49,908 nt of DNA from Desulfobacterales bacterium (GTDB lineage Bacteria > Desulfobacterota > Desulfobacteria > Desulfobacterales > UBA2245): contig JAXGZF010000008.1 of NCBI GenBank assembly GCA_040771865.1, forward strand, positions 146,722 through 196,629, read 5' to 3'. This document shows, in pieces, positions 1 through 10,144 of the stretch. A program made the position numbers and the translations under genes. The notes below the pieces were generated by a model. It did not search any database and had not been told where the DNA came from. It was given only the letters and a program-made list of their open reading frames with translations. The number at the start of each line of letters is the position of its first letter. Position 1 is the stretch's first letter.

Positions 1-861
1 GATGAAAAAGCAGACAATGATCATCACCGCGGATGCCTCGCTGAAAGACAGGCCGATACCCGGGCTGCCCAGCATCAACAGATAGTAGGAAAGCGCTGAA
101 AGCAGCCAGATCAGAACAGACAGCACCAGGCACAGGAAGATGCTTCGTGGAAAACGAATCAGGGAAAAACCGCCGGCAACGTTTTCCACCATGCGAACCA
201 GCGGAACGATGAAGCGCTGCCCGATTCGATTTTGAAAAGAAACGTTGGTGAAAAAAAACAGCCCGGGAAGTTTTTCCAGCATGCGGATCATATGCCTTCG
301 AGTAAAACCGAGGCTGACCGAGACGATGCCGGCGATCAGCACGAGACTGAGTTTGACCATGCCGGAAAACACCGTTTCCAGAGCGGATCGGTTCAGCGTA
401 TGTCCAGCGAAATTCAGGCTGATGTCCGGATCGATATCGACGATTGTCATGATTGTTGAAAAGAAAACGATCAGAAGCATCACGTCAAACAGGCGTTCAG
501 CGGCCACCGTGGCCAGTCCCGTGGTGAAGGGGACTGCCTCCTGCTTTTGAAGAACGATCGGCCTGGCCACCTCGCCGATTCGACCCGGCGCCACGCAGTT
601 GAGCATGAATCCGATCATCAGCGGATGGAAGGCGTGCCAGAAGCCGACCGGTTTGTTGGCGGCCGCGAGAATGATCTGCCAGCGGAGCGCGCGCAACAGG
701 AAACTCAACATCACGACCGCCGTCGAAGGAATCACCCAGAGGTACTCAATGGATTTCAGGTAGGCGAGCAGCTCTTGGAAAGGAACATTTCGAAAGGCCA
801 GATAAAGGGTTGCAACCGATATCGCAACTCCTGCGGCCAGCGTGACGGCACGTTTTTTCAT
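1..861 (-). CDS. Lysylphosphatidylglycerol synthase TM-domain / UPF0104 flippase-like membrane protein (3' end runs off window)
   Basis: Own translation from ATG at 861: MKKRAVTLAAGVAISVATLYLAFRNV...LRALRWQIIL...IGFMLNCVAPGRIGEVAR...AERLFD; RW, PxRxGE and ERxxD motifs typical of the family; directly downstream of ribF. Confidence 0.8.
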   Translation of the reverse strand, partial: MKKRAVTLAAGVAISVATLYLAFRNVPFQELLAYLKSIEYLWVIPSTAVVMLSFLLRALRWQIILAAANKPVGFWHAFHPLMIGFMLNCVAPGRIGEVARPIVLQKQEAVPFTTGLATVAAERLFDVMLLIVFFSTIMTIVDIDPDISLNFAGHTLNRSALETVFSGMVKLSLVLIAGIVSVSLGFTRRHMIRMLEKLPGLFFFTNVSFQNRIGQRFIVPLVRMVENVAGGFSLIRFPRSIFLCLVLSVLIWLLSALSYYLLMLGSPGIGLSFSEASAVMIIVCFFI

Positions 862-876
862 GGAGCGTTTCCGGAC

Positions 877-1818
877 TCATTCGTGATTGGCAAGGATTTT
901 TCGCGCTTCGACGATGTCGGCTCGAATCTGGCATTTGAGTTCTTCGATGGATGAAAACTTGATTTCATCTCGAATGCGCTCGATAAAGTTGACGCGGATC
1001 TTCTGGTTGTAGAGATCCTGATTGAAGTCCAGAAGATGAACCTCGACGGTATATATCCGGTCTTCAAAGGTCGGACTATATCCGATGTTGGCCACGGCCT
1101 GGTATGTTTTTCCCTGGTATTCGGCGGTAACCGCATAGACGCCGTTTCTGGGGCAGAGCTCATCGTGAAGGCGGATATTGGCCGTGGGAAAGCCCAGCAA
1201 TTTTCCGCCCCGGTTCCGACCGTAAACCACCGTGCCCCGAATCTGGTAGAAGCGGCCCAGAAGGTGCCTGGCTTCAGCAACACGCCCATCCATCACGCAC
1301 TCTCGAATGCGGGTGCTGCTAACCCGGCCCGACCGGATAAAGGAGGCCTGAATCCAGTCCGGAACGATCACATCAAAGTCAAAGCGTTTTGAATATTCCT
1401 TGAGAAACGCGACATCTCCCGTGCGCTCTGCGCCGAAGGTGTAATCCGGTCCGACCACGATTATCTTGGCGCCGATTCGACGGACCAGGATGTCTTCGAC
1501 AAATGTTTCAGCGGAAATGCGGGCGAACTCGAGGGTGAACGGAATGCAGATCAGGACATCAATGCCGGTTTTTTCGATCAGCTCCACCTTTTGCTCATAA
1601 AGAGTAATCAGGGGAGGGCGTCTCTCGGCGCTCAGCACACTGATCGGATGCGGCTCAAAAGTCATTCCGACGGCCGCTCCGCGGATCATTTCGGCCTGCT
1701 GAACCACCTCTCTGAAAAGCGCCTGATGTCCGATGTGAACGCCGTCGAAGTTGCCTATGGTTATGACGGCATTTTTGAATGGATGTTTAATGTTATCAAG
1801 GTGTTCGATGACTTCCAT
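877..1818 (-). CDS. ribF: Bifunctional riboflavin kinase / FAD synthetase
   Basis: TIGNFDGVHIGHQ, VSSTRIR, GFPTAN, GYSPTF, RIRDEIKF motifs. Confidence 0.97.
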   Translation of the reverse strand: MEVIEHLDNIKHPFKNAVITIGNFDGVHIGHQALFREVVQQAEMIRGAAVGMTFEPHPISVLSAERRPPLITLYEQKVELIEKTGIDVLICIPFTLEFARISAETFVEDILVRRIGAKIIVVGPDYTFGAERTGDVAFLKEYSKRFDFDVIVPDWIQASFIRSGRVSSTRIRECVMDGRVAEARHLLGRFYQIRGTVVYGRNRGGKLLGFPTANIRLHDELCPRNGVYAVTAEYQGKTYQAVANIGYSPTFEDRIYTVEVHLLDFNQDLYNQKIRVNFIERIRDEIKFSSIEELKCQIRADIVEARKILANHE

Positions 1819-1846
1819 CTTGTCCGTTCAATCCCGAATTAAACGC

Positions 1847-1875
1847 TTGACACGGCTGGTGAAAGAAAGTATATA
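1847..1875 (+). promoter_or_regulatory. sigma70 promoter of tRNA-Leu
   Basis: TTGACA-17 nt-TATATA, 32 nt upstream of the tRNA. Confidence 0.75.
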
Positions 1876-1907
1876 GGGCAAACTCAAGCATTAATCAATG
1901 CTTTTGT

Positions 1908-1994
1908 GCCGAAGTGGCGGAACTGGTAGACGCGCTAGGTTCAGGGTCTAGTGAGTGTACGCTCATCGGGGTTCGAGTCCCCGCTTCGGCACCA
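1908..1994 (+). tRNA. tRNA-Leu(CAG)
   Basis: GCCGAAG/CTTCGGC acceptor stem, GGAACTGGTAGACGCG D arm, CTAGG-TTCAGGG-TCTAG anticodon arm, long variable arm, GGTTCGAGTCC T loop, encoded CCA. Confidence 0.97.
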
Positions 1995-2005
1995 AACGAA
2001 GGAGT

Positions 2006-2046
2006 AGAGGGGTGTCCGATGAATCGGTCATCCCTCTTTTACTTTT
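2006..2046 (+). terminator. Intrinsic terminator after tRNA-Leu (probably shared with the convergent gene)
   Basis: AGAGGGGTGTCCGAT...TCGGTCATCCCTCT hairpin followed by TTTACTTTT. Confidence 0.7.
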
Positions 2047-2103
2047 GAGAGGTTGATCGATGCCCGGTTCAACACTTTTCCAGAGGCATCCCCTCCGCGG
2101 ACC

Positions 2104-2943
2104 CTATTTGGCAGCTGTCGTCACGAGGGAACCGGAGCTCATTTTTTTTCCAACAGCCTTGAAAAACGTGTAACAGAATACGCCGTCCGGCTCCGCAGTC
2201 CGGTACAGGTCCTGAATGCCTTTTTCAATAAGGCGGGGTTCGATGATTCCAGCCTGAATGGCCGGCTCACGGATGCCTTCGATCATGGCGGTAAAGGTTT
2301 TTTTCGTAAAACCCTCAACCAGCTCGGGTTTGCTGGCATCGACGTAGACCATGCGGGGGGATACGCGAATGGACCGATAGCCCGCGCTGTTCAAGAGCGG
2401 AAAGAGTTCCCTCCCTATCATTGCATTGCCCCCGGCCCGGCGTTGAAGTTCGACTTGGCACTGAATCGATTGGCGCGCAGCTTCGCTGTCGGGGTGAAAG
2501 CATACGGATCCGTGATCGCCTTCGATGACCGTGATCGTTCCGCCCGGCCTCAAATGGTTTTTCAGTATTTTCAGGGCCTCGACGGGTTGCGAGAGATGTT
2601 CGAGGACAAAGCAGACGAAGATGTGGTCAAAAGAATCCGGTCCGTACCGAAGATGAAAGATGTCTCCCTGTTCGAATCGAACATGGTCGATGCCTGCCGC
2701 CGCTGTTTTTCTTCTGGCTTCAGAGATGGAGGTCTCGGATATATCCACAGCGGTAATGAAAGCTTCCGGGCTGTTTCTCGCCAGGGTGACGGTTTGCGCG
2801 CCGACCCCGCAACCGGCTTCCAGGATATGGCTTCCTGAGGGATATTGGGTGTCGGAATGCAGCAGCTCGACCAGGGTGGAGGCCTGGTCCTGCAAACGTA
2901 TGTTTTCTCGATGATCGTAGCCGTGAACGTATGCGCGGTTCAT
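2104..2943 (-). CDS. Class I SAM-dependent methyltransferase
   Basis: ILEAGCGVG motif I, FDHIFVCFVLEHL, LRPGG; likely start MNRAYVHGY at 2943 with AAGGA RBS (ORF track starts at 3057). Confidence 0.9.
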   Translation of the reverse strand: MNRAYVHGYDHRENIRLQDQASTLVELLHSDTQYPSGSHILEAGCGVGAQTVTLARNSPEAFITAVDISETSISEARRKTAAAGIDHVRFEQGDIFHLRYGPDSFDHIFVCFVLEHLSQPVEALKILKNHLRPGGTITVIEGDHGSVCFHPDSEAARQSIQCQVELQRRAGGNAMIGRELFPLLNSAGYRSIRVSPRMVYVDASKPELVEGFTKKTFTAMIEGIREPAIQAGIIEPRLIEKGIQDLYRTAEPDGVFCYTFFKAVGKKMSSGSLVTTAAK

Positions 2944-3223
2944 GTTTTCCTTTCGTGGCGAACCATTAACGTGCGAAATGTCGAACACTCCGGTCTGCGA
3001 AAAAATTTCCGGACGCCTGATTTTACAAAGAAACTTTTTTGTCGAATAAGTCAACACAAAAGAACGTATGCGAAAATCAGGGCCTTTTTTGAATTCCGGT
3101 TAGAAAAAGAATCTGTATCGACACCCACAAGGGCGTTGCAAATATTCGTTCAAGGGCTTATTGTGGATGTCAAATTAAACCTCGTAAAGTTCGGGCGCGC
3201 TTGAGCGGAGGGAGAATGATTGT

Positions 3224-3976
3224 ATGAAATGGGTGGGAAAATTCATCGGCGGCGCGGTGGGGCTTGCCGTGGGAGGGCCTGTGGGCGCCGTGGCGGGCGC
3301 GGCGCTGGGACATGCCTGCGACGAGGGCTGCATTCAGGGTCTGTGCGATTCCGGACCTCTGCTTTCCGGCGATAATACCACGCAGTTCGCCTTTTACACA
3401 TCCACTTTTTCCATGCTGGCCAAACTCGTTCATATCGACGGACGCGTATCTCAGGAAGAAATCAATGCGATTGAAGATTTTATGGTTCGGGACCTGGAAC
3501 TGAACGCCGAAAGCCGAAACCTTGCCGTCCGGGTTTACCGGTCTGCATTGAAATCCGAAAAAAACTTTCAGGATTTTGCCGTATCCTATTACCGCCATCT
3601 GCACGCCCGGCCGCAAATGCTTGAGTTCATGATCGACGTTCTCATGCGTGTTGCCGTAGCGGACGGTGCACTGAAGGAAAGCGAGGAGAAACTCATTCGT
3701 TCCGCTGCCGCCATCTTCAACGTTTCCGATGACGCCTATCGCGCCATCCGTGCAAAACATGTCAATTCATTGGATCATGCCTATGCGGTTCTGGAATCCG
3801 AACCCGGGGATTCATCCGTGACGATCAAACAGAAATACCGCCGGCTTGCGGCCGATTATCATCCAGACAAGATTGCAGCCAAGGGACTTCCGGAGGCCTT
3901 CGTTCAGTTTGCCCATGAAAAGTTCCGGGAAATCCAAAGCGCCTATGAGACCATTCGGCACGAACGGGGCTTATAA
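3224..3976 (+). CDS. djlA: DjlA-type co-chaperone (Gly-rich N-terminal TM, TerB-like domain, C-terminal J domain)
   Basis: MKWVGKFIGG N-terminus, DGRVSQEE, YRRLAADYHPDK J domain. Confidence 0.9.
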   Translation: MKWVGKFIGGAVGLAVGGPVGAVAGAALGHACDEGCIQGLCDSGPLLSGDNTTQFAFYTSTFSMLAKLVHIDGRVSQEEINAIEDFMVRDLELNAESRNLAVRVYRSALKSEKNFQDFAVSYYRHLHARPQMLEFMIDVLMRVAVADGALKESEEKLIRSAAAIFNVSDDAYRAIRAKHVNSLDHAYAVLESEPGDSSVTIKQKYRRLAADYHPDKIAAKGLPEAFVQFAHEKFREIQSAYETIRHERGL

Positions 3977-4246
3977 CCAGTCCAAGCATCTATAAAACCA
4001 TTCCTGCCGCCATCGCGACCGAGATCATAAGCATGGCGCTCTTTTTTGCCAGGCAAAAAATCTTTTTGGCGCTGAAACCTCATGGCATCATTGAATGATC
4101 CAGTCCCAGGTTCGGTTAAACTCGTCCTTTAAACACCGCGGGAAAACCGCTCACAGATTTTGGATCGAATTCTTTAATCCGGCATTGAAATCCTGGAAAT
4201 TAGCGGAAGAATTTGATAGACTCCCAAATTTGAATAAAGAGGGATT

Positions 4247-4798
4247 ATGAAAATTCCTTCCATAGAACAGTGCTATGCATTGATGACCGACATGGACATG
4301 CCGGATCACATCGTCGCGCATTCTCGAAGGGTTTGCCAGGTGGCCATGTCGATGGTCGATCATCTGCTGACCAAAGATGTGCGTGTGAATCGCGAGCTGG
4401 TTCGGGCGTCGGCCCTGCTGCACGACATTACCAAGTTTCAGAGCTTCACAACGCGGGAAAATCACGCGATAAGCGGTGCGCGTTTCCTGGAAACTCTGGG
4501 ATACCCCGAGGTTGGCGCCGTCGTCGGACAGCACGTCCTGCTCGATTCCTATAACGGCATTGGATTGCCAGGAGAAGCGGAACTCGTCAATTATGCAGAC
4601 AAGCGGGTGCTTCATGACCGGGTGGTTTCCCTGGAAGATCGCATGTGGTATATCATGAACCGTTACGGGCGTTCGGAAAACGACCGGCGGCGGATTCGAA
4701 ATCTATGGAATGCAACGGAAACACTGGAAATGAAACTCTTTGGATTCCTGCCTTTTTCTCCGGATCAACTTCTTGAAAACCTGGGCCCTTTTCCCTGA
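4247..4798 (+). CDS. HD-domain phosphohydrolase
   Basis: HSRRV...LLHDITK...H...H...YADKR. Confidence 0.85.
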   Translation: MKIPSIEQCYALMTDMDMPDHIVAHSRRVCQVAMSMVDHLLTKDVRVNRELVRASALLHDITKFQSFTTRENHAISGARFLETLGYPEVGAVVGQHVLLDSYNGIGLPGEAELVNYADKRVLHDRVVSLEDRMWYIMNRYGRSENDRRRIRNLWNATETLEMKLFGFLPFSPDQLLENLGPFP

Positions 4799-4852
4799 AT
4801 GAATCCGATAGAAAGCGGCTGCTGATTTGAATGAAGAGTGGAGGACAAACGC

Positions 4853-5749
4853 ATGAGAATCATCACAAGAGCTGATTTCGACGGCGTCGTCTGTGCGGCG
4901 CTGATCCGCGAGGTCGAAGAAATCACCGAGCCGGTTTTGTGGGTGGAACCCGGCGACATGCAGAATGACCGTGTGGCGGTGCGGCCCGCGGACATCATTG
5001 CCAATCTTCCCTACCATGAAAACTGCGCGCTCTGGTTTGATCACCATTTTACCAACAAGCTGGACAAGCCCTTCAAGGGCGCGTTCTGGATTGCCCCTTC
5101 CGCCGCGCGCGTAATTTTTGATTACTACAAAGGCCGTTTCAAAAGAGATTACACCGAGCTGGTGCGCCAGACCGACAAGATCGATGCGGCGGATCTGACC
5201 GAAAACGAGGTGCTGTATCCGGAAAATTATCCTTATATTCTGCTTTCCATGACGGTATCCAACCGCGGTTCGGCGGATGAACCCTACTGGAACCAGCTGG
5301 TCGAACAGTTAGGACAATACGGTGTTGAAACCGTAATGCAGGATGCCGAGGTTAAACGAAGATGCGAGAAGGCGATCGAACAGAATGTCAACTTTCGAAA
5401 AATCCTTCAGGAACACACCCGGGTTCTGGGTCAGGTCGCCGTGACGGATTTGCGTTCGTTTTTTCCGCCGCCCTCCGGCAACCGGTTTCTGGCGTATTCT
5501 CTGTTTCCGAAGACCGTGGTCAGCCTCACCCTTCGCAGAAGCAGCCAGGACCCGAATGTGATTGTCGCCAATGTCGGGCACAGCATTTTCAACCGGAAGT
5601 GCAGGGTCAACCTCGGGTTGATGCTTTCCGAATTCGGCGGCGGAGGTCATCGCGGAGCGGGTTCCTGCCGGTTTCCTGTGAAAGACTCGGAGGCGGGTAT
5701 TGCCAGGCTGATCGATATTCTGGTCAGAAACGAGCCCAATGAATTCTGA
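4853..5749 (+). CDS. DHH/DHHA1-family phosphoesterase (exopolyphosphatase-like)
   Basis: TRADFDG, WFDHH, GGGGHRGAG motifs; ATG at 4853 with GGAGG RBS. Confidence 0.85.
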   Translation: MRIITRADFDGVVCAALIREVEEITEPVLWVEPGDMQNDRVAVRPADIIANLPYHENCALWFDHHFTNKLDKPFKGAFWIAPSAARVIFDYYKGRFKRDYTELVRQTDKIDAADLTENEVLYPENYPYILLSMTVSNRGSADEPYWNQLVEQLGQYGVETVMQDAEVKRRCEKAIEQNVNFRKILQEHTRVLGQVAVTDLRSFFPPPSGNRFLAYSLFPKTVVSLTLRRSSQDPNVIVANVGHSIFNRKCRVNLGLMLSEFGGGGHRGAGSCRFPVKDSEAGIARLIDILVRNEPNEF

Positions 5750-5757
5750 AATGCGAT

Positions 5758-7074
5758 TCAGAATTGTGTCGGGCAGATAATGGCGCCGCTGACAAAGTCG
5801 GCGGCCGCCTTTTCAATTCTGACGCTGACCAGAGCGTTTCTCAGCGAGTTTTCTCCCGAAATCAGAGCCGGCACATAATTTCCGGTAAGCCCCTTTAATT
5901 TTCCGGAACCATTTTTGCTTTTCCCCTCGATGAGAACCTTTTCGACTTTTCCTTCAAGACTTCTGTAAAACGTCCATTTTTTCCGGGCGCCGATTTCCCG
6001 GACCATGCGACAGCGATTGGCGATGATTTCCTGGGGTATTTTGCCGTCATATTCCGCAGCCGGCGTGCCTTCCCTTGCGGAAAAGGGAAATACGTGAAGA
6101 TAGGTCAGGGGCAGGTCCTCAATCAGCCGGCAGGTGTTTTCAAAGGCCGCATGGTTTTCTCCGGGAAATCCCGCCAGAACGTCCACTCCGATGCCCGCAT
6201 TCGGAATGAATTGATGAATCATCTGAATCCGGTCCGCAAAAAAGGACCGCGTGTAAGGCCGGTGCATTTTTTTCAGAACGCTGTCATCGCCGCTTTGAAG
6301 CGGTACATGAAAATGGGGGCAGAAGAAGTCGGATGCAGCGACCTTCCGAATGATCTTCTCGCTCAGCTCGCTGACCTCCAGGGAACCGAGGCGGATCCGG
6401 CATTGGATCGGCGATTCGGTGATCCTGCCCAGCAGGTGCTCCAGATCGAGACGTGGATCAAGATCCAGGCCGTAGCATCCCAGATGGATGCCGGTCAGGA
6501 CAATTTCCCGGTATCCGGCCTCATTCAGAGTCCTGATGTGTGATAGGACCGCTTCAAGGGGCATGCTGCGGCTTCGTCCTCTGGCATAGGGAACGATACA
6601 GTAGGTGCAGAAACTGTTGCATCCGTCCTGAATTTTTAAGAACGGCCGGGTGCGATTGCCGAAAACGACGGGATATTGACGATACTTTTTTCCATCGTCC
6701 AGATTTTGACGCGGTATCTGACCGGAATTGCTCGAAATGCCTTTAAATAAAATTTCCGCGATTCGGTGCTTGTCCGCATGGCCGATGACCGCATCGACGC
6801 CGGGGATTTGCCTTACCTGATCCGGTTCAGTTTGAGCATAGCATCCGGTGACGATGATTCTGGCCTGCGGATGATTCCGAATGATCCGGCGGATGGCCTG
6901 ACGGGACTGCATGGAAGATTTCCGTGTCACCGTACAGGTGTTGACAATGCAGGCATCCGGTGACTCCTTCAAGCCTGCCGGACGCCATCCCAGAACCTCG
7001 AGCTGCTGTGAGATACCATCGGATTCGTACTGGTTGACCTTGCACCCCAGGGTGATGATGGAAAATTTCTTCAT
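5758..7074 (-). CDS. mtaB: tRNA t6A37 methylthiotransferase
   Basis: TLGCKVNQYES, NTCTVT, KIQDGCNSFCTYCIVP radical SAM motif, HVFPFSAREGT. Confidence 0.95.
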   Translation of the reverse strand: MKKFSIITLGCKVNQYESDGISQQLEVLGWRPAGLKESPDACIVNTCTVTRKSSMQSRQAIRRIIRNHPQARIIVTGCYAQTEPDQVRQIPGVDAVIGHADKHRIAEILFKGISSNSGQIPRQNLDDGKKYRQYPVVFGNRTRPFLKIQDGCNSFCTYCIVPYARGRSRSMPLEAVLSHIRTLNEAGYREIVLTGIHLGCYGLDLDPRLDLEHLLGRITESPIQCRIRLGSLEVSELSEKIIRKVAASDFFCPHFHVPLQSGDDSVLKKMHRPYTRSFFADRIQMIHQFIPNAGIGVDVLAGFPGENHAAFENTCRLIEDLPLTYLHVFPFSAREGTPAAEYDGKIPQEIIANRCRMVREIGARKKWTFYRSLEGKVEKVLIEGKSKNGSGKLKGLTGNYVPALISGENSLRNALVSVRIEKAAADFVSGAIICPTQF

Positions 7075-8135
7075 GAAAGCTTTTGTGGATCGAAAACAGG
7101 GTTCGATTCAATCCACCCTCCGCCGAGCACTGCGTCGTCCTGATAAAAGACGGCGCCCTGACCCGGAGTGACCGCGTACTGCAACTGATCAAATCGAAGA
7201 CAGGCGACATTTCCATTGACAGGCGTCAGGACGGCAGAAACAGCGGCATGGCGGTATCGGATGCGGGCCTGAATACGGATGGCGCTTTCCGGCATCGGCG
7301 CGATCCAGTTGATTTCCGTCACCCGGCACTGCCGGACGCCGAGCTGATACTTGCGCCCCACGATCAGTCGGTTGGTCTCAGGCTCAAGTCTGACCACATA
7401 GTAGGGTTCCGCGGCCGGACAGTTGATTCCCCGCCGCTGGCCCACGGTAAACCGGTGTAATCCCCGATGCTCGCCCAGAATCTTGCCGTTGATGTCCGTG
7501 ATCGGGCCGGGTTTCGGACAAAATCCTGTCTCGCGCAGGAGAAAGGATTCGTAATCGTCCTGTATGAAACAGATATCCTGGCTTTCCTTTTGCGAAACCG
7601 GAACCAGTCCCGTTTGATTTGCCAGCTCCCTGACCTGGGCCTTGGTCATGTCCTGCAACGGGAAAAAAGCCCGCCGCAGCTGGGATTGGGTGAGAAAGGC
7701 CAAAAAATAGGACTGATCCTTTTGCGCATCGGCGCCCTTGTAAAGCAGGCGCCGCGAAATGGAATCTTCGGTGACCCGAGCGTAATGCCCCGTGGCCAGC
7801 CGGTCCGCGCCAAGGCTCCGGGCTTCGAAGAGAAGATCCTCGAATTTGATTTTTGCATTGCAGACCAGACAGGGATTGGGGGTCTTGCCAGCAAGATAGG
7901 TCCGGGTGAAATATGCGACGACTTTTTTTCGAAACGACTGGCTCAGATCGACGATATGCACGGGAATGTGAATCTGTTCGGAGATGCGTCTGATTTTTTC
8001 GGCAATGGCCGGCAACGGAATATTCTCATATCCGGTCAGGAAATGAAGGCCGATGGCATCTTCTCCGCTTTGCCCGACCAGATGCGCCGCAACCAGAGAA
8101 TCGATTCCTCCGCTGATGGCAATGGCAATCGTCAT
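7071..8135 (-). CDS. mnmA: tRNA 2-thiouridine(34) synthase
   Basis: SGGIDS PP-loop, TPNPCLVCN, ATGHYAR, KDQSYFL, SQDICF, TVGQRRG, VTPGQ. Confidence 0.96.
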   Translation of the reverse strand: MTIAIAISGGIDSLVAAHLVGQSGEDAIGLHFLTGYENIPLPAIAEKIRRISEQIHIPVHIVDLSQSFRKKVVAYFTRTYLAGKTPNPCLVCNAKIKFEDLLFEARSLGADRLATGHYARVTEDSISRRLLYKGADAQKDQSYFLAFLTQSQLRRAFFPLQDMTKAQVRELANQTGLVPVSQKESQDICFIQDDYESFLLRETGFCPKPGPITDINGKILGEHRGLHRFTVGQRRGINCPAAEPYYVVRLEPETNRLIVGRKYQLGVRQCRVTEINWIAPMPESAIRIQARIRYRHAAVSAVLTPVNGNVACLRFDQLQYAVTPGQGAVFYQDDAVLGGGWIESNPVFDPQKLS

Positions 8136-8561
8136 TTAATAAAAAGAATTCTTTGAAGGGCAGACTTCCATGGCGCGGCACGGGCACGCGGTAATGCAAA
8201 GCTGGCAAACGCTGCATTTTGTCTGGTCAAAAACGACCCACATTTCCGGCCGCCGAATGTAAAGCGCATCGGTGGGGCATACCGCCGTGCATGCGCCGCA
8301 GTGAATGCATTTGCTCTCGTTTCTGCTCACTTCCTGGGAGGCATTCTGAACCTGAACACCCTGTTCCTTAAGGTAGTTGACGCCGTCTTTGAAGTTTTTT
8401 TTCGAACCCGACAGCTCCAGAACCATCATTCCTTCCTTGCGGGGAAAAATCTTGGCGTTCAGAATGGTGAAGGTCAGATCGAAATCCTTGGCAAGGTGGC
8501 AGACCGTAGGTTTTTGAACCCTGTTTTTGGGAAAACGCAGAACCAGAATTTTTGAATACAA
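8136..8561 (-). CDS. NIL-domain / 2x[4Fe-4S] ferredoxin protein
   Basis: N-terminal NIL-like domain (DFDLTFTILNAKI...MVLELSG) and two CxxCxxCxxxCP motifs. Confidence 0.88.
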   Translation of the reverse strand: MYSKILVLRFPKNRVQKPTVCHLAKDFDLTFTILNAKIFPRKEGMMVLELSGSKKNFKDGVNYLKEQGVQVQNASQEVSRNESKCIHCGACTAVCPTDALYIRRPEMWVVFDQTKCSVCQLCITACPCRAMEVCPSKNSFY

Positions 8562-8639
8562 GGCAGCCTCCGGAAAACATTATTAAAGAGCGTATCATTC
8601 ATAAATGGAATTCGGGGCTCTGTCAACTTCAACCTGATA

Positions 8640-9917
8640 TCAAGGCAGGCAGTACGGCCTTTCGGCGGCCCATTTTTCAACGAATTGAAACAGTTGATCT
8701 TTCAGCCCCCCGGCAAGATAGAATCTGGGATAAAGCAGGTCGTCTTCGGGGTGAATGATGCCTTCCTCAATTGCGGATCTTGCCAGGAGGGTATTGGGAT
8801 AAATGCGAATGCCGGTGGTGAGTTTCAGGGCATCCAGTTCCAGGCTGTCGGCAAAGGTCAGGCTTTCCATCACCGTATTTAGGCTTTCGCCCGGTCCACC
8901 CAGAAGCAGAAAACCGGTCCGGCGTATTCTGCTTGCTTTCAGAAGGTCAGAGAATTGGCGCACCTCCTGTGGCGTGAATCTTTTGTTCATTCGGCCGAGA
9001 ATTTCAAGATTGCCGCTTTCAAAGCCCAGACTGACCTCCGCGCATCCCGCTGCGGCCATTTTTTGAATCAGGTCCGGGTCTGTTTTCCAGGGGTACAGAA
9101 TGCAGCGCCAGCTGATTTTTAAACCGGCCTGTATTATTGCATCACAGAGGGTTCCGGCGTAGGAAGCAGGTATGTTGAAGGTATTATCGACAAAGAAGAT
9201 GCGTCTGAAGCCAGCGGACGCATATCCTTCGAGTTCCCGTATCACCCGGCCGACGGATTTTTTGCGCAGAATTTCTCCCTCGATTTGCGGCGTTGAGCAG
9301 TAGCTGCATTGCATCGGGCATCCGCGCCGGGTCTGAAAGGGAAGCCAGAAATCCTGTTTTTCGAGGCCGGTTGAAAGGGCTTTGAGCATGTTCGCGGGTA
9401 CCATCGGGTGAGCATCGAGTCGATCCGGAATCCTTTTTGTGGATCGCGGGGTTTCTCCGGAAAGCAACAGACCATCGATGTCCTGAATAGGGGCATGGCG
9501 GCTGATCCGGTCGATCAGTGTCAGAAAAGCCGTCTCTCCCTCTCCCTGTATTCCCATATCCGCACCGGTGAAGCGCAGAACGCTTTCAGGGAAGATGCTG
9601 TAACCGGCGCCGCCAAGCACAATCGGCGCATCTGAAAGGTCGCGGCAGCGGGAGACCGCGGATCTGACCGGATCCAGAAGAAAAACCGGGCGCTTCATTT
9701 TCTGGTCGTCAATATTCCGAACCGAGATGCCGATCATGTCCGGCGCGAAACCGGACACGACGGCGCCGATTACCGGGGCAATGTCCTTTGGCGCCATGGA
9801 AACGGATTTGACCGTATGCCCGGCATTTTGAACCGATGCCGCGATGCAGGCCATGCCCAGGGGCATGACCGGAATGTTGACGTTTTCGGTAATGACGTAG
9901 ATCAGTAAAATTTTCAA
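8640..9917 (-). CDS. Cobalamin-binding radical SAM protein (class B methyltransferase-like)
   Basis: PLGMACIAA, GISVRNID, VLGGAG B12-binding domain; RGCPMQCSYC; TTG start. Confidence 0.88.
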   Translation of the reverse strand: MKILLIYVITENVNIPVMPLGMACIAASVQNAGHTVKSVSMAPKDIAPVIGAVVSGFAPDMIGISVRNIDDQKMKRPVFLLDPVRSAVSRCRDLSDAPIVLGGAGYSIFPESVLRFTGADMGIQGEGETAFLTLIDRISRHAPIQDIDGLLLSGETPRSTKRIPDRLDAHPMVPANMLKALSTGLEKQDFWLPFQTRRGCPMQCSYCSTPQIEGEILRKKSVGRVIRELEGYASAGFRRIFFVDNTFNIPASYAGTLCDAIIQAGLKISWRCILYPWKTDPDLIQKMAAAGCAEVSLGFESGNLEILGRMNKRFTPQEVRQFSDLLKASRIRRTGFLLLGGPGESLNTVMESLTFADSLELDALKLTTGIRIYPNTLLARSAIEEGIIHPEDDLLYPRFYLAGGLKDQLFQFVEKWAAERPYCLP

Positions 9918-10098
9918 ATTTCAGCCGCTTTCCGGAAAATTTTGCCTGTATGAATTGTTGACGCATATTTGTCAATAGCCGATTGCGCCTATCCGGGCAA
10001 GGGGTCTGTTGCGTTGAAGAATTCAATGAATTCGTGAAACAGGATGGTACAGTTTGACGAGCGTAAAAAAGAGGGCAGGAAAGCTTTTTAAAATGGAC

Positions 10099-10130
10099 GA
10101 AAAGCGGCCGGCCTGAGCCGGCCGCTTTTC
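10099..10130 (-). terminator. Intrinsic terminator after cheW
   Basis: Perfect 14-bp stem GAAAAGCGGCCGGC-CTGA-GCCGGCCGCTTTTC. Confidence 0.8.
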
Positions 10131-10144
10131 CCTTCAGGAGGAGG

